This document shows positions 39,953 through 49,673 of a stretch of 64,000 bases of DNA, in pieces; position 1 is the first letter of the stretch; each line of letters starts with the position of its first letter. The DNA is from Candidatus Bathyarchaeota archaeon. GTDB lineage: Archaea > Thermoproteota > Bathyarchaeia > Bathyarchaeales > Bathycorpusculaceae. The position numbers were made by a program, and so were the translations under genes. Location: positions 78,166 to 142,165 of the forward strand of contig CAWGZR010000006.1 of NCBI GenBank assembly GCA_963827165.1, written 5' to 3'. Under the pieces are notes generated by a model. It saw only the letters and a program-made list of their open reading frames with translations, had not been told where the DNA came from and did not search any database.

Positions 39953-40123
39953 ACGCCGAAAAAGGGCTACAAAAGCATCACTGTAAAGGCGGAAGTCTAC
40001 GACTACTTTTTTTGCGAGTGGCTCAAAGTCAAAGAGAAATATGTTATCAAGAAGGGCATTCGTAGTTTTTCAGCTTACGTAACCTTTCGTTTGGCGCAAC
40101 TCATGACTGAAGACAAGAAATAG
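39953..40123 (+). CDS. Ribbon-helix-helix-like microprotein (56 aa) with ACG first codon
   Basis: GAGGGT SD, in-frame TAA, then ACG-PKKGYKSITVKAEVYDYFFCEWLKVKEKYVIKKGIRSFSAYVTFRLAQLMTEDKK. Confidence 0.65.
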   Translation, partial: TPKKGYKSITVKAEVYDYFFCEWLKVKEKYVIKKGIRSFSAYVTFRLAQLMTEDKK

Positions 40124-40198
40124 ATTAAGTAAATGTGACTTTTGGAGCCCCTACAAGTTTAAATATGCTCGCGATGACTTGTCAAAAGGTGAATAGGC

Positions 40199-41197
40199 AT
40201 GCCCTGCACTGTAATTGTCGGCGCTTTCTGGGGAGACGAAGGCAAAGGCAAAATAATCTCTTATTTAGCGCTCAAAGACAATCTTGACTTCTGCGTCAGA
40301 ACCGGCTCTGTAAACGCGGCACATACTGTTTTGTTTGAAGGAAAAAAATATGCTTTGCATATGGTTCCCGCGGCCTTCATTAATCCTTCAACACGTCTAC
40401 TGATTGCTGCAGGAGCGAATGTTCATGTTCAGAAATTCCTCGACGAAGTTGAGCAGACAAAAGTAAGCAACAGGATCGGAGTGGATTTGAATGCTTCGAT
40501 AATCGAGGAAAAACACAGTGCGCAAGACAAGGCAAGCGTCATAAACAAGGGCATTGGAACCACAGGCTGGGGGGTAGGACCAGCTATTGAAGAAAGGGTT
40601 AGGCGTACAGCCAAGCTTGCCAAAGATATTCCAGAACTGAAACAGTATGTTGCTGACCAAGTGCAGGAAGTCAATGACGGCTTAGACACAGGCAAGAAAG
40701 TGCTTTTAGAAGGCACTCAGGGTTTCATGTTATCACTTTTCCTAAGCGGTGGATATCCATATGTGACTGGCAGAGACACAGGCGCATCAGCTATCGCTTC
40801 AGAAGCAGGCGTCGGACCAACAAGAGTCGACGATGTCCTAATAGTTTACAAGTCATTCATTACACGAGTTGGTGGCGGTCCTTTGCCTGGAGAAATTTCA
40901 AAAGAGGAAGCAGAGAGAAAAGGCTGGTTTGAAACTGCTGCGGGAACAGGAAGAGACCGGCGTTCAGCACCTTTTGACTTTGAATTAGCCAAGAAAACAG
41001 CCAAGATAAACGGAGCCACACAGGCAGCGCTAACGAAACTTGACAGCCTATTTCCAAGCTGCAGAGGTGCCAAAAAATACAGCGATTTGTCCGCAGAAGC
41101 TAAAAATTTCGTAAAGGAAGTTGAAAACAGGACTGGGGTACCCGTTGTTTTGATCGGCACGGGTCCCGAAGCGTTAGAGATCGTTGACCGAAGGTAA
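40199..41197 (+). CDS. purA: Adenylosuccinate synthetase (short archaeal type)
   Basis: GAFWGDEGKGK, GIGTTG, LEGTQG, GYPYVT, TRVGGGP, GTGP. Confidence 0.97.
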   Translation: MPCTVIVGAFWGDEGKGKIISYLALKDNLDFCVRTGSVNAAHTVLFEGKKYALHMVPAAFINPSTRLLIAAGANVHVQKFLDEVEQTKVSNRIGVDLNASIIEEKHSAQDKASVINKGIGTTGWGVGPAIEERVRRTAKLAKDIPELKQYVADQVQEVNDGLDTGKKVLLEGTQGFMLSLFLSGGYPYVTGRDTGASAIASEAGVGPTRVDDVLIVYKSFITRVGGGPLPGEISKEEAERKGWFETAAGTGRDRRSAPFDFELAKKTAKINGATQAALTKLDSLFPSCRGAKKYSDLSAEAKNFVKEVENRTGVPVVLIGTGPEALEIVDRR

Positions 41198-41230
41198 CGC
41201 CAACTTTTAATTCGCCTTGTGGCAAAACTC

Positions 41231-41538
41231 TCCTATTTGGGCGTCAGCGGAGAGGACATGAGTTACAATTTAGCGCAGCAAAGTGCATCCGGTGTAACCT
41301 GCGGCTGGAAAGCTTATATGGTGGTCAGCGGGGAACTTTCGGATTAGAAATTGAAGGCCGGCGACATCGTTATTGTGCTAAACAAAAATGCGATTGAAAA
41401 TGGCGATGATTTAGCAAGTTACTTGGAGGAGTACACTTTGCCCGACGACACATTAACTCTTACAGTAGTCAGGGAGACTCGCAAACCGCTGTAAGTATAG
41501 TCATAGAATCAAGACCCGCGCTGTCGCCCGAAGCCTAA
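41231..41538 (+). pseudogene. PDZ-domain remnant of an HtrA-like protease
   Basis: SYLGVSGEDMSYNLAQ...GVTCGW...stop...LKAGDIVIVLNKNAIENGDDLASYLEEYTLPDDTLTLTVVR, then a frameshift to VSIVIESRP. Confidence 0.75.
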
Positions 41539-41786
41539 ATATTTCTTCCTTCTTTTTTTTTGAATAAAATCTTAAACTTACACAAGTTAGCCAGCCTGAA
41601 GGACGCATTTTTAGCTTTATAGCAACTGACTATTAGTAATAATGTCAAGGGTAATGGGCAGCTACGAACGAGGCCACGCTCAGATTCTCTTAATTGAAAT
41701 ATTAATTAGGCATTTTTGTCGGGAGGGCTATCTTGCGCCATAATCAACAGGAAAGACCGAAGCTTTTTTTGAATCTAAGCCTAAAA

Positions 41787-42080
41787 TCAGTGCATTTGTG
41801 GTTTCAAGGCTTCTTTTTTGACCTTTCTATTTGCGATCTTTTCTTGTTTTAGATCGTTATGGTCTCTTTCAACTGCCATTGCGATTATTTTTCGAGAATA
41901 GCATTCTGAGCAGTAGTTCTTTTGCTCGATTTCGTACAACGTCATTGACACAACGGTGATAATCTTATGGCACTCCGAGCAACGCACAAATTTGTTTTCT
42001 TGACATGTTTTTATTGCTGCTTTTCTTTCGTCCTTAAAAACACTATTTTTTGGTTCGAAAAACTCACTATCCCAACCCAT
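41787..42080 (-). CDS. Small zinc-finger protein
   Basis: MGWDSEFF...RCSECHKII...NYCSECY. Confidence 0.7.
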   Translation of the reverse strand: MGWDSEFFEPKNSVFKDERKAAIKTCQENKFVRCSECHKIITVVSMTLYEIEQKNYCSECYSRKIIAMAVERDHNDLKQEKIANRKVKKEALKPQMH

Positions 42081-42217
42081 CTTTCCTTTCCTCCAGACTG
42101 AGACAAGATATTTACTATGTATCGCGGTAAAAAGCTTTCTAAATTCCACCCGATAAAAAATGATCCCCTGTTTGTTGCAACTGAAAAAGCAGAGCTTATT
42201 GAGTCTCTGGTACCATT

Positions 42218-43675
42218 GTGGGAAAAGTCTTATTAGCTGACGAAATTTCAATTATGTTACAAATGAGATTTAAGCATCTTACAATTTTGCTGTTTATCCT
42301 GCTGATTTCGCCTCTTTTTATAAACTGCATATTGACAGTTAAAGCTCAAACTACGGAGGCATCTCCAAATTTTTATTTTGGTGTTGATGTCGCATTTGCG
42401 AGTGTTCCTCAAACGGAACAGTTGATCGATAACATTAGTTCCTACACCAACTTCTTCATTATTGGATGCGCTCAAAAGATAGGTACCACAATTTACGGCG
42501 GCGGAATCTACAATGAAACAAGGCTTACCATCATCAGCCAATACGTTTACAACAAAGGGCTGTATTTCATAGTCTACAGCGACGACCAGAGTTATCCATC
42601 GAAGCATTGGCTTGAAAACGCCACGGAAAACTACGGCAACAAGTTTATGGGAATCTACTATTTCGACGAACCTGGAGGAAAAACTCTTGACCAAGCCAAG
42701 CCTCCTGAGTACCCCGTAATTACTTCTGCTAGCAACTTTACTGACGCTGCTATCAAATATAACATTACTTTAAGCACTTGGCTTCGCGGACGCTTTGGCA
42801 TAACCCAGAATTTTAACAGCCCAACAGAATTTCAACTGTTTACTTCAGATTACGGTTTGTACTGGAATGATTACGAAGCTGGGTACAACACGGTTTTTGC
42901 GGAGTTCGGTGTTAATAGTGGGAACGAAAACTATAGTCGGCAGGTAAGTATGTCGCTTTGTAGAGGGGCAGCCACCGCTTTTGACCAGAATTGGGGGGTT
43001 ATGATAACTTGGGCTACTCAGCAGTATCCGTACATGGAAAACGCCACGGATCTATACAATGACATGATTCTGGCATATAGCAACGGCGCGAAATACATTG
43101 TGGTGTTTGACACCAATGCAAACTGGACTGAAAACGTTCTAAACTCCCAGCAGCTTGCCGCAATTAAACAGTTTTCGCAGTATGCCCAAGCTAACCCGAG
43201 AACGGTTACTCATCCGAGTGACCGTACGGCTTATGTTCTTCCGCAGGATTTCGGCTTTGGTTTCCGTAGCCCTAACGACACAATCTTCGGTTTATGGAAA
43301 GCAAATTGGGATAGCACTACTTCCCTTGCTTTTGTCGCTGACATTTGCATGTGCACGGTCACTTACATTCAGATGATGGGCTCAAATTTGGACATAATCT
43401 ACCCCGTAAGTAACGGAACAATAGATTCGTTAGGATACAAATCCGTGATTTACTGGAATGACACTGACATAGTCCCGAATATGCCAAGCATGCCAAACGC
43501 AAGCCCTGCCGGAGGATCATATAAGCCGCCGCCTACTACTCCAATCAATAAATATCCTCTTCAAGCTAATAACACCACAGAAATCGAAATATTCGCGGTT
43601 GTAACAGTCGTCACAATTTGTCTCATCATATGTGGAGCCACCTTAATAGTTAGAAGACGCAAGTCAACCGTTTGA
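42218..43675 (+). CDS. Secreted protein with C-terminal anchor, possible glycoside-hydrolase-like barrel
   Basis: Signal peptide, FMGIYYFDEPGG, many NxS/T sequons, C-terminal TM plus RRRK. Confidence 0.75.
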   Translation: MGKVLLADEISIMLQMRFKHLTILLFILLISPLFINCILTVKAQTTEASPNFYFGVDVAFASVPQTEQLIDNISSYTNFFIIGCAQKIGTTIYGGGIYNETRLTIISQYVYNKGLYFIVYSDDQSYPSKHWLENATENYGNKFMGIYYFDEPGGKTLDQAKPPEYPVITSASNFTDAAIKYNITLSTWLRGRFGITQNFNSPTEFQLFTSDYGLYWNDYEAGYNTVFAEFGVNSGNENYSRQVSMSLCRGAATAFDQNWGVMITWATQQYPYMENATDLYNDMILAYSNGAKYIVVFDTNANWTENVLNSQQLAAIKQFSQYAQANPRTVTHPSDRTAYVLPQDFGFGFRSPNDTIFGLWKANWDSTTSLAFVADICMCTVTYIQMMGSNLDIIYPVSNGTIDSLGYKSVIYWNDTDIVPNMPSMPNASPAGGSYKPPPTTPINKYPLQANNTTEIEIFAVVTVVTICLIICGATLIVRRRKSTV

Positions 43676-43692
43676 TTGCGAAGTTCTTGGTG

Positions 43693-45021
43693 TTAGCTAA
43701 AGTGAGAAGTTTGGACCGCTGCCTGAAGGGTTGAGCATGCAAGGAATGTTGAGTTTACATTTGAGTTCAGGCTTATTGACAGGTATCTTGAGTTGCTGAA
43801 CCACAGGTTGTTTCCGTCATTTTGGGCTTGGGCGTCTTTTGCGACGGTTTGGAAAGCCGTCATGAACGCGTTGGCTGAGCTGGAGTTGTTCCATTGTATG
43901 TTCCAGATGAAAAGGTAATTGCCGCTGTTGCCGCCGCCTTGGTAATATGTGAAGTTGTCGCCTGTCCAACCGTTTGAAATGATTTGGGCTTGGCTTTGTG
44001 GTAGCCAGTTGCCGAGGAGGTCTTCAATGAAGTATTCGCCGTATGTGTTGTAGTTTTGTCCATAACTTGTCTGCATCTGAGTCCAGTTGCCTCCAGTCGG
44101 GGTTGGCAGAGTAACAGGTTTTGCGGTGACGTTTTCAAAATATTCTTGAGGGTTCAATATCTGTGCGGTGGTGCTGGGAACGTATCCTTGGGTATAGGCT
44201 TGGTTAACTGTGGCGAAGCCGCCGTTCTGATGTAGGGCGTTGACGAAGTTTTCTCCATCAGTGTAGGGGAAGTAGTCGATGTTGGAGAGCGTATCTGGGT
44301 GGACTTCACCCAGTGCAATGATGTCTGCGGGATAAGAAGATGTTGATGAGGGGGCAGGGGTGTTCAGTAGCCCTTCTTTTGTTAGGTTTGTGTAGGTATC
44401 AGCCATGAAAGTGGCGTCGCCTTCGATAAGAGCTGTGTGAGCTTTGTCTTCATCAAAAGTGGTTGCTGAAGGAATACCTGATTGCCAGATGTGGGTTAAC
44501 TCGTGCACGAAGGTGGCTTCAGCGCCGGGTAAATCCCAAGGGTCGAAGTTTTCTTTCACAACCCAAATCTTGCCTTCCCAAGTTGCCGCAACATAGTCTC
44601 CTGCCCAATCAACAGTCGCTTGGTATAGGCTTCGGTTTTGCGGTATAAGGAAAAGTCCTTGGTAGATATTCTGCTCTATGGTAATCGCTTGTACGTTCTG
44701 TTGCGCGTAGCCTTTGCCCCAGGTATTGATTGCCCACTGTTTAGTTACGACCTCGAGTTGAACTTTAGGAAGCGACCCGTTTCGGATTTGTTCCCATGCG
44801 CCATAAGCGTCATTAAAAATTTTTTGGGCCTGCGCCTTATAGGCTACCATGCTTTGGCTCGGCTGGTTAATAACGATGAATAAGGTCACAGCGACAACAG
44901 CGATAATGAGGCAGGTGGCAGTAACCATAAGTTTTCTTTTGAAGTTCAAACACGCACCCTTAGCTCGACGTTTGGTTCGGATAGAAGCCGAGCAAAAAAT
45001 AAACATTTCCCCAAATGGCAA
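43693..45021 (-). CDS. Surface protein with HEXXH motif (Hvo_1808-like putative metallopeptidase)
   Basis: TFVHELTHIWQ, ALIEGDATF, FPYTDGENFV, STTAQILNP, GWTGD. Confidence 0.75.
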   Translation of the reverse strand: MPFGEMFIFCSASIRTKRRAKGACLNFKRKLMVTATCLIIAVVAVTLFIVINQPSQSMVAYKAQAQKIFNDAYGAWEQIRNGSLPKVQLEVVTKQWAINTWGKGYAQQNVQAITIEQNIYQGLFLIPQNRSLYQATVDWAGDYVAATWEGKIWVVKENFDPWDLPGAEATFVHELTHIWQSGIPSATTFDEDKAHTALIEGDATFMADTYTNLTKEGLLNTPAPSSTSSYPADIIALGEVHPDTLSNIDYFPYTDGENFVNALHQNGGFATVNQAYTQGYVPSTTAQILNPQEYFENVTAKPVTLPTPTGGNWTQMQTSYGQNYNTYGEYFIEDLLGNWLPQSQAQIISNGWTGDNFTYYQGGGNSGNYLFIWNIQWNNSSSANAFMTAFQTVAKDAQAQNDGNNLWFSNSRYLSISLNSNVNSTFLACSTLQAAVQTSHFS

Positions 45022-45116
45022 GAACTAGAAATTTATTGAAAAACAAGGTAATTTGCAAATTCGTAACGTAAATTAAGGTACTTATCCAAGTTTTATTAGT
45101 AAGGCAGTGGAGATTT

Positions 45117-45827
45117 ATGAGCCGTAAATCAATCTATTTTCACCACAGCTTTCTATTCTTTGTTTTATTATTGGTTGTGTTGCTCGCAGTAGTTGCATTG
45201 GTTTTTTTCGGAGCCGTAAGCATAGCCTTTGCAAACGTAGGCTTTACACCATTTACTATCTTTCTGCTTTTAGTTTGTACGCTTTTGGGAAGTTTCATCA
45301 ACATTCCTCTGTTTAAAATGCGCGCAACCATCCCTATCGTGCACGATGACTACGTTAACTGGTTTGGTATACCTTACCGCATCCCACATGTAGAATACGG
45401 CACTTCAGTCACAGTTATCGCAGTTAACGTTGGAGGCGCCTTGATACCCACCGCGGTGAGCATTTACCTACTTGCCCGCTCACCATTAAACCTCATCGTG
45501 TTGAGCATCATAGCCATTCTCGCAGTTGTAATCGTGACACATTTGGTAGCTCACCCTGTAAAAGGAGTTGGAATAGCCACGCCGGCCTTTATCCCGCCAA
45601 TCGCAGCAGCTGCTGCAGCATTTATTCTTGCTGCCTATGCGCCTTCACAGTCAAGAACAACAATTGCTTATGTTGCAGGCACCATTGGGACACTCATGGG
45701 AGCTGACCTGCTTAACCTGAACAAGATCCCGAAGTTAGGGGCGCCAATGGCAAGCATCGGAGGGGCAGGCACGTTCGACGGTGTCTTCTTGACGGGGATA
45801 ATAGCGGTATTGCTTGCGGGACTTTGA
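45117..45827 (+). CDS. DUF1614 membrane protein
   Basis: LLGSFINIP, IAVNVGGALIP, SIGGAGTFDGVFLTG. Confidence 0.88.
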   Translation: MSRKSIYFHHSFLFFVLLLVVLLAVVALVFFGAVSIAFANVGFTPFTIFLLLVCTLLGSFINIPLFKMRATIPIVHDDYVNWFGIPYRIPHVEYGTSVTVIAVNVGGALIPTAVSIYLLARSPLNLIVLSIIAILAVVIVTHLVAHPVKGVGIATPAFIPPIAAAAAAFILAAYAPSQSRTTIAYVAGTIGTLMGADLLNLNKIPKLGAPMASIGGAGTFDGVFLTGIIAVLLAGL

Positions 45828-45868
45828 ATGACGCAGAACCGACGTCTGCAGCCAACTAAAATAAATTG

Positions 45869-47488
45869 TTAGCCGAGACCTTTTCGTAGCTTTGCCGATT
45901 CAAGCAGTGCTTTTTTTGCTTCGGCATCTTCTTTTTGGAGGTAACTCAGGAGAAAGTTGCTTGTGAAGTTTTCATGTTTGCGCCCGCAGACACTTCTAGG
46001 TCCGAGCTTGATGCCGAGTTTTTCTTCAACCGTTTTTAGATCGTCGGAGGTGTTCTGCAGGGCTTGTTTGGCTGTCTCTTCGCTCATATTCGCTCTCTTG
46101 GACAGAAGACTCTTCATTTCCAAAAGCAAATCTATGTTTTCCCAAGAAACATATTCGCCGATTGACTTTAGGTCGGACTCCATTTTCACATAATACTTCT
46201 TAAGAAGCTGGGTTTCATGGTCACTTAACTGGTTTAGAGCTCTTAAGCCAATGAATTCAGGCGGTAGGCCGACGCTGTACATAGCAGCTGAGAATGAGAT
46301 TGCTCGTGGTAAGCTGACCCCGGCTACGCTTCTGCTGTATCCGAAGAGTCCTATGTGCAGTTTTCGTGCTCTTCTCGGAGGAACATATGATGCAACGGTG
46401 TTTATGAAAGGCGCTAACAACTCGATTTGGTTTTCGTATTCTTGTCTGCATTTGGAAAGAATCCCCAAAAGATCCTTCTCTTCAATGGGGCTTATGGTTT
46501 CTGATTCGCCGTTTGGTAGCCGCTGGTTGAGGCATTCCACTCCCTCTTTGACCTGTGCAAGTGGGTAATCGTATCTAAAGGCTGACTGCACGGTTACAGT
46601 TGACAGGCCTTTGTATTCTTCCAGGAAGTTGTCAATGTTTTCGGGTGAAAGATGTCCCCTGAACGGTTTTGATCCAACGCCTAAAATCGGATCTATGGAT
46701 ATTTCTTGTTGTTTTTCTATTTGCTTTAATTTGCTTAGAGCTATTTTGGAGAGCAAAACCGCGCAGAGCAGTCCGTAATTTAATGCGGGGTCGGATCTTG
46801 CAATGAAAACTCGTTGCTGTGCAGGCTTGATTGCTTGCAAATAGGGCAATATTACGTTGTCGACGTGCAGCAGGCTGTCAAAGTCTTCAACGAGGGGAAT
46901 CACTTTTATTGTTTTAGGATGGAAAGAACCGAGCCAATCTTTGGTTTTCGTTGATTCATAAAGCGTCAATTCTTCATCGGCGATTATGGCTTTCTTGTAG
47001 TAGTTCAGAAGCATGATAAGTTCTTGGGCGTCGGTGGTGAAAGGCAAGATAACTTCGAAAATCGGTGTAACGGGCCTTTTGTAAACTATTGAAGCGATGT
47101 CGTAGGCGACAGGAATGTTTTGGAGAGTTTCCATGAAGAACTTTCGCTCGGCTCCCTCGATTTTAGGGTTAGGAATCCTGTAGGTTAGAAACACATCTTC
47201 GCCAATGGTGTGCGCTGAGAAGTAGTCCCAATGCTTCTGCAAAAGTTTCCTGACGACTCGTGTGTCAGTGTCTTTGCCTTCTGAGTCCCACATTACCTCT
47301 TGACAACCTAAAACGCTGAAAGAGTAGAAGGCTTCATACACTTCTGCTGTGCCGTTGATTACTTCCTCCGTACTCCATTCGGGGATTGCAGCGTTGTCAG
47401 GGTGCTGTGTAGACATCGTTGCTGGAGCCTTCAGGGTATCGCCAAATTTACCTTTCATTTTGTCCACTGCATTCTTAACCTTAAGCAA
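45869..47488 (-). CDS. ppcA: Archaeal-type phosphoenolpyruvate carboxylase
   Basis: MSTQHPDNA, MWDSEGK, RVFIARSDPALNYG, PFRGHL, LPRAISF. Confidence 0.95.
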   Translation of the reverse strand: MLKVKNAVDKMKGKFGDTLKAPATMSTQHPDNAAIPEWSTEEVINGTAEVYEAFYSFSVLGCQEVMWDSEGKDTDTRVVRKLLQKHWDYFSAHTIGEDVFLTYRIPNPKIEGAERKFFMETLQNIPVAYDIASIVYKRPVTPIFEVILPFTTDAQELIMLLNYYKKAIIADEELTLYESTKTKDWLGSFHPKTIKVIPLVEDFDSLLHVDNVILPYLQAIKPAQQRVFIARSDPALNYGLLCAVLLSKIALSKLKQIEKQQEISIDPILGVGSKPFRGHLSPENIDNFLEEYKGLSTVTVQSAFRYDYPLAQVKEGVECLNQRLPNGESETISPIEEKDLLGILSKCRQEYENQIELLAPFINTVASYVPPRRARKLHIGLFGYSRSVAGVSLPRAISFSAAMYSVGLPPEFIGLRALNQLSDHETQLLKKYYVKMESDLKSIGEYVSWENIDLLLEMKSLLSKRANMSEETAKQALQNTSDDLKTVEEKLGIKLGPRSVCGRKHENFTSNFLLSYLQKEDAEAKKALLESAKLRKGLG

Positions 47489-47689
47489 AGCCTTATGCTT
47501 TTATTTTAATTTTGCATTTCGCCCAAAGAATGTCGCCATATAAGTCGCGCATTTTTCGAGTTCGCCGCAACTGCTCAGAAGCTTCAGTTGAGAACTTTGT
47601 CTATCGAAATTTCGCCGTCGATTGAACGTATAAATTGGAGGTTTGGATAAAAATATGGCAAACTTTTAATAATAATAAATAGGAACTTA

Positions 47690-48634
47690 TTGCAACGCTT
47701 GGAGTGGGGTAATTTGAAAAAAACTTTCGCAGTTATTGTTCTAGCTGTTTTGATTTTGGCGGCATTGCCAGTTTTGACTTTGCCAAATGTTAAAGCGAGT
47801 GCTTCAGAGGCTAGGGTTTTGACTTACAGTTGGTATACTGCACCGTCACCAACTATCTTAGCGGCGGAGCCTGGTGACTTGGTTGTAGTCGGTGAAATAC
47901 AAAACGTCGGCTCAAACATCATACAGAACGTGACATTAACTGGGGCCGCTTACGACTCCAACGGAACGGAACTCGGCTCATCGCAAGGCACAGCCTTCGT
48001 ATATGAAACAACACCTGGAGAAAAAGCTCCATTCAGCATCGACTTTCCCCCTTCAAGCAGTACTTCCACAACAACCCAGAGCTGGGCATCTCAAGTTACT
48101 CGCGTAACCGTGACAGTTCTCTCCGTCACCGACACTACCGTCGGCCCTTATGCAGGCTTAGTGGTTCCTGAGGCGCCATACGGCTTCAACAACAGCGGCA
48201 CCTACACAACAGTCGGGACAATCATTAACAACGGCTCAGAAACCATCGGGAACGTTTGGGTTGTAACAACTTTTTATAACAGTGCAGGAACGGTTGTAGA
48301 TTTGAATTTCACGAATTACGTGAACACCCCTCTTTCACCTCTCGCTCCGGGCCACCCGTCAAGATGGGTTGCAACTCCAGCCGATAACACGGCTCAAATT
48401 ACAAACGAAATCGCATCATCCAGCTATACAATCGATTCTATGCCTTTTTCAAGCTCATCCCAAGGACAAGCCACACCGACACCCACCGCTTCGGGCGCAT
48501 CTTCGGCATTTCCTTTGGAAGCTGTAATCATCGTGGTAGTTATCATTATAATTGCAGTCGTCGCCTTTATGCTGTTTAGAAAGAAGCCTGAAGCAGCACA
48601 GCCTCCGCCGCCGCCTCCACCGCCAACATCTTAA
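47690..48634 (+). CDS. FxLYD-like Ig-domain surface protein
   Basis: VVGEIQNVG...AAYDSNG...TPGEKAPF with a second similar domain; C-terminal TM and poly-Pro tail. Confidence 0.8.
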   Translation: MQRLEWGNLKKTFAVIVLAVLILAALPVLTLPNVKASASEARVLTYSWYTAPSPTILAAEPGDLVVVGEIQNVGSNIIQNVTLTGAAYDSNGTELGSSQGTAFVYETTPGEKAPFSIDFPPSSSTSTTTQSWASQVTRVTVTVLSVTDTTVGPYAGLVVPEAPYGFNNSGTYTTVGTIINNGSETIGNVWVVTTFYNSAGTVVDLNFTNYVNTPLSPLAPGHPSRWVATPADNTAQITNEIASSSYTIDSMPFSSSSQGQATPTPTASGASSAFPLEAVIIVVVIIIIAVVAFMLFRKKPEAAQPPPPPPPPTS

Positions 48635-48752
48635 GCAACTTATTTTTTTATTAAAGTTTACACCCAAAAGGTCAACTCTGCAAAACTATTGTAAGCTGGT
48701 GCGGCAAGCAGCAGATTTTTTCGCTTAAATAGGATATTATAGGAACTGTTGG

Positions 48753-49562
48753 TTAGGCACCGAATCGCCGTTTTCGAAGCTGGAACGTTCTGATAGCTCG
48801 TAACAGGTCGATTCGCCGAAAGTCTGGCCAGTAAACATCTAAAAAGAGCAGTTCGCTGTATGCCGCTTGCCAGAGCAAGAATCCGCTTAGCCTTTCTTCA
48901 CCTGAAGTCCGAATGATCATGTCGGGGTCCTGCTTATCCATATGGGAAGTATAAAGGTACTTTTCAAAAGTACTTTCGGTGACGTCAGCAATCTCCAACT
49001 CGCCATTCTTAACTTTCTCAGCAATAGTCTTAGCGGCATCAACGATTTCCGCTCTTCCGCCATACGCAAAAGCAAAATTCCAAAAGTAACGGTCATAATC
49101 CGCCGTTGCTTTTTCAATGTCCGAGATCGCTTCCTGCAGGCCTTTAGGCAGAAGGTTAACTCTGCCGATGATTTTCACGTGAACTTTGTCACGGTGCAGT
49201 CGTTCATCTTTGAGCAGTTTGCGGAATCTTTCCTCTGCAATCTGCATTATCTTTTCCACTTCCTCGGATTTTCGGCTGAAATTCTCGGTGGAAAATGTGT
49301 AGAGAGTCACGTACTTGAGGTCTAAAAGGTGGGTCCAATCTAAAAGTAACTCAACAGTGTCAGCGCCGCGTCTGTGACCCCACTTATCCTGCATGAGCAT
49401 AGGATCTTCCTGACCATTTGCCCATCGCCTATTTCCATCCAAAATTATGGCGATATGTTCAGGTTTTATTCCACCCTTTACTTGGAGCCAGAGCCAACGC
49501 TCATAAATTCTGTATGCACCGATGAAAGAAAGCATTTTCTTAAGCATTAAAGCTGACTCCAC
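48753..49562 (-). CDS. uppS: cis-polyprenyl diphosphate synthase
   Basis: HIAIILDGNRRWA, FSTENFSR, YGGRAEI, IRTSGEERLSGFLLWQ. Confidence 0.96.
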   Translation of the reverse strand: MESALMLKKMLSFIGAYRIYERWLWLQVKGGIKPEHIAIILDGNRRWANGQEDPMLMQDKWGHRRGADTVELLLDWTHLLDLKYVTLYTFSTENFSRKSEEVEKIMQIAEERFRKLLKDERLHRDKVHVKIIGRVNLLPKGLQEAISDIEKATADYDRYFWNFAFAYGGRAEIVDAAKTIAEKVKNGELEIADVTESTFEKYLYTSHMDKQDPDMIIRTSGEERLSGFLLWQAAYSELLFLDVYWPDFRRIDLLRAIRTFQLRKRRFGA

Positions 49563-49673
49563 GTATTGACCTGTTTTATAAACGTCTCTTGGGAAATTTT
49601 CATTATGTTAAACCCTAAGAACCTTGAATTAAATCTTGCCCTAATCCGACCGAGGAATTTTGGGGAAAGCTTT

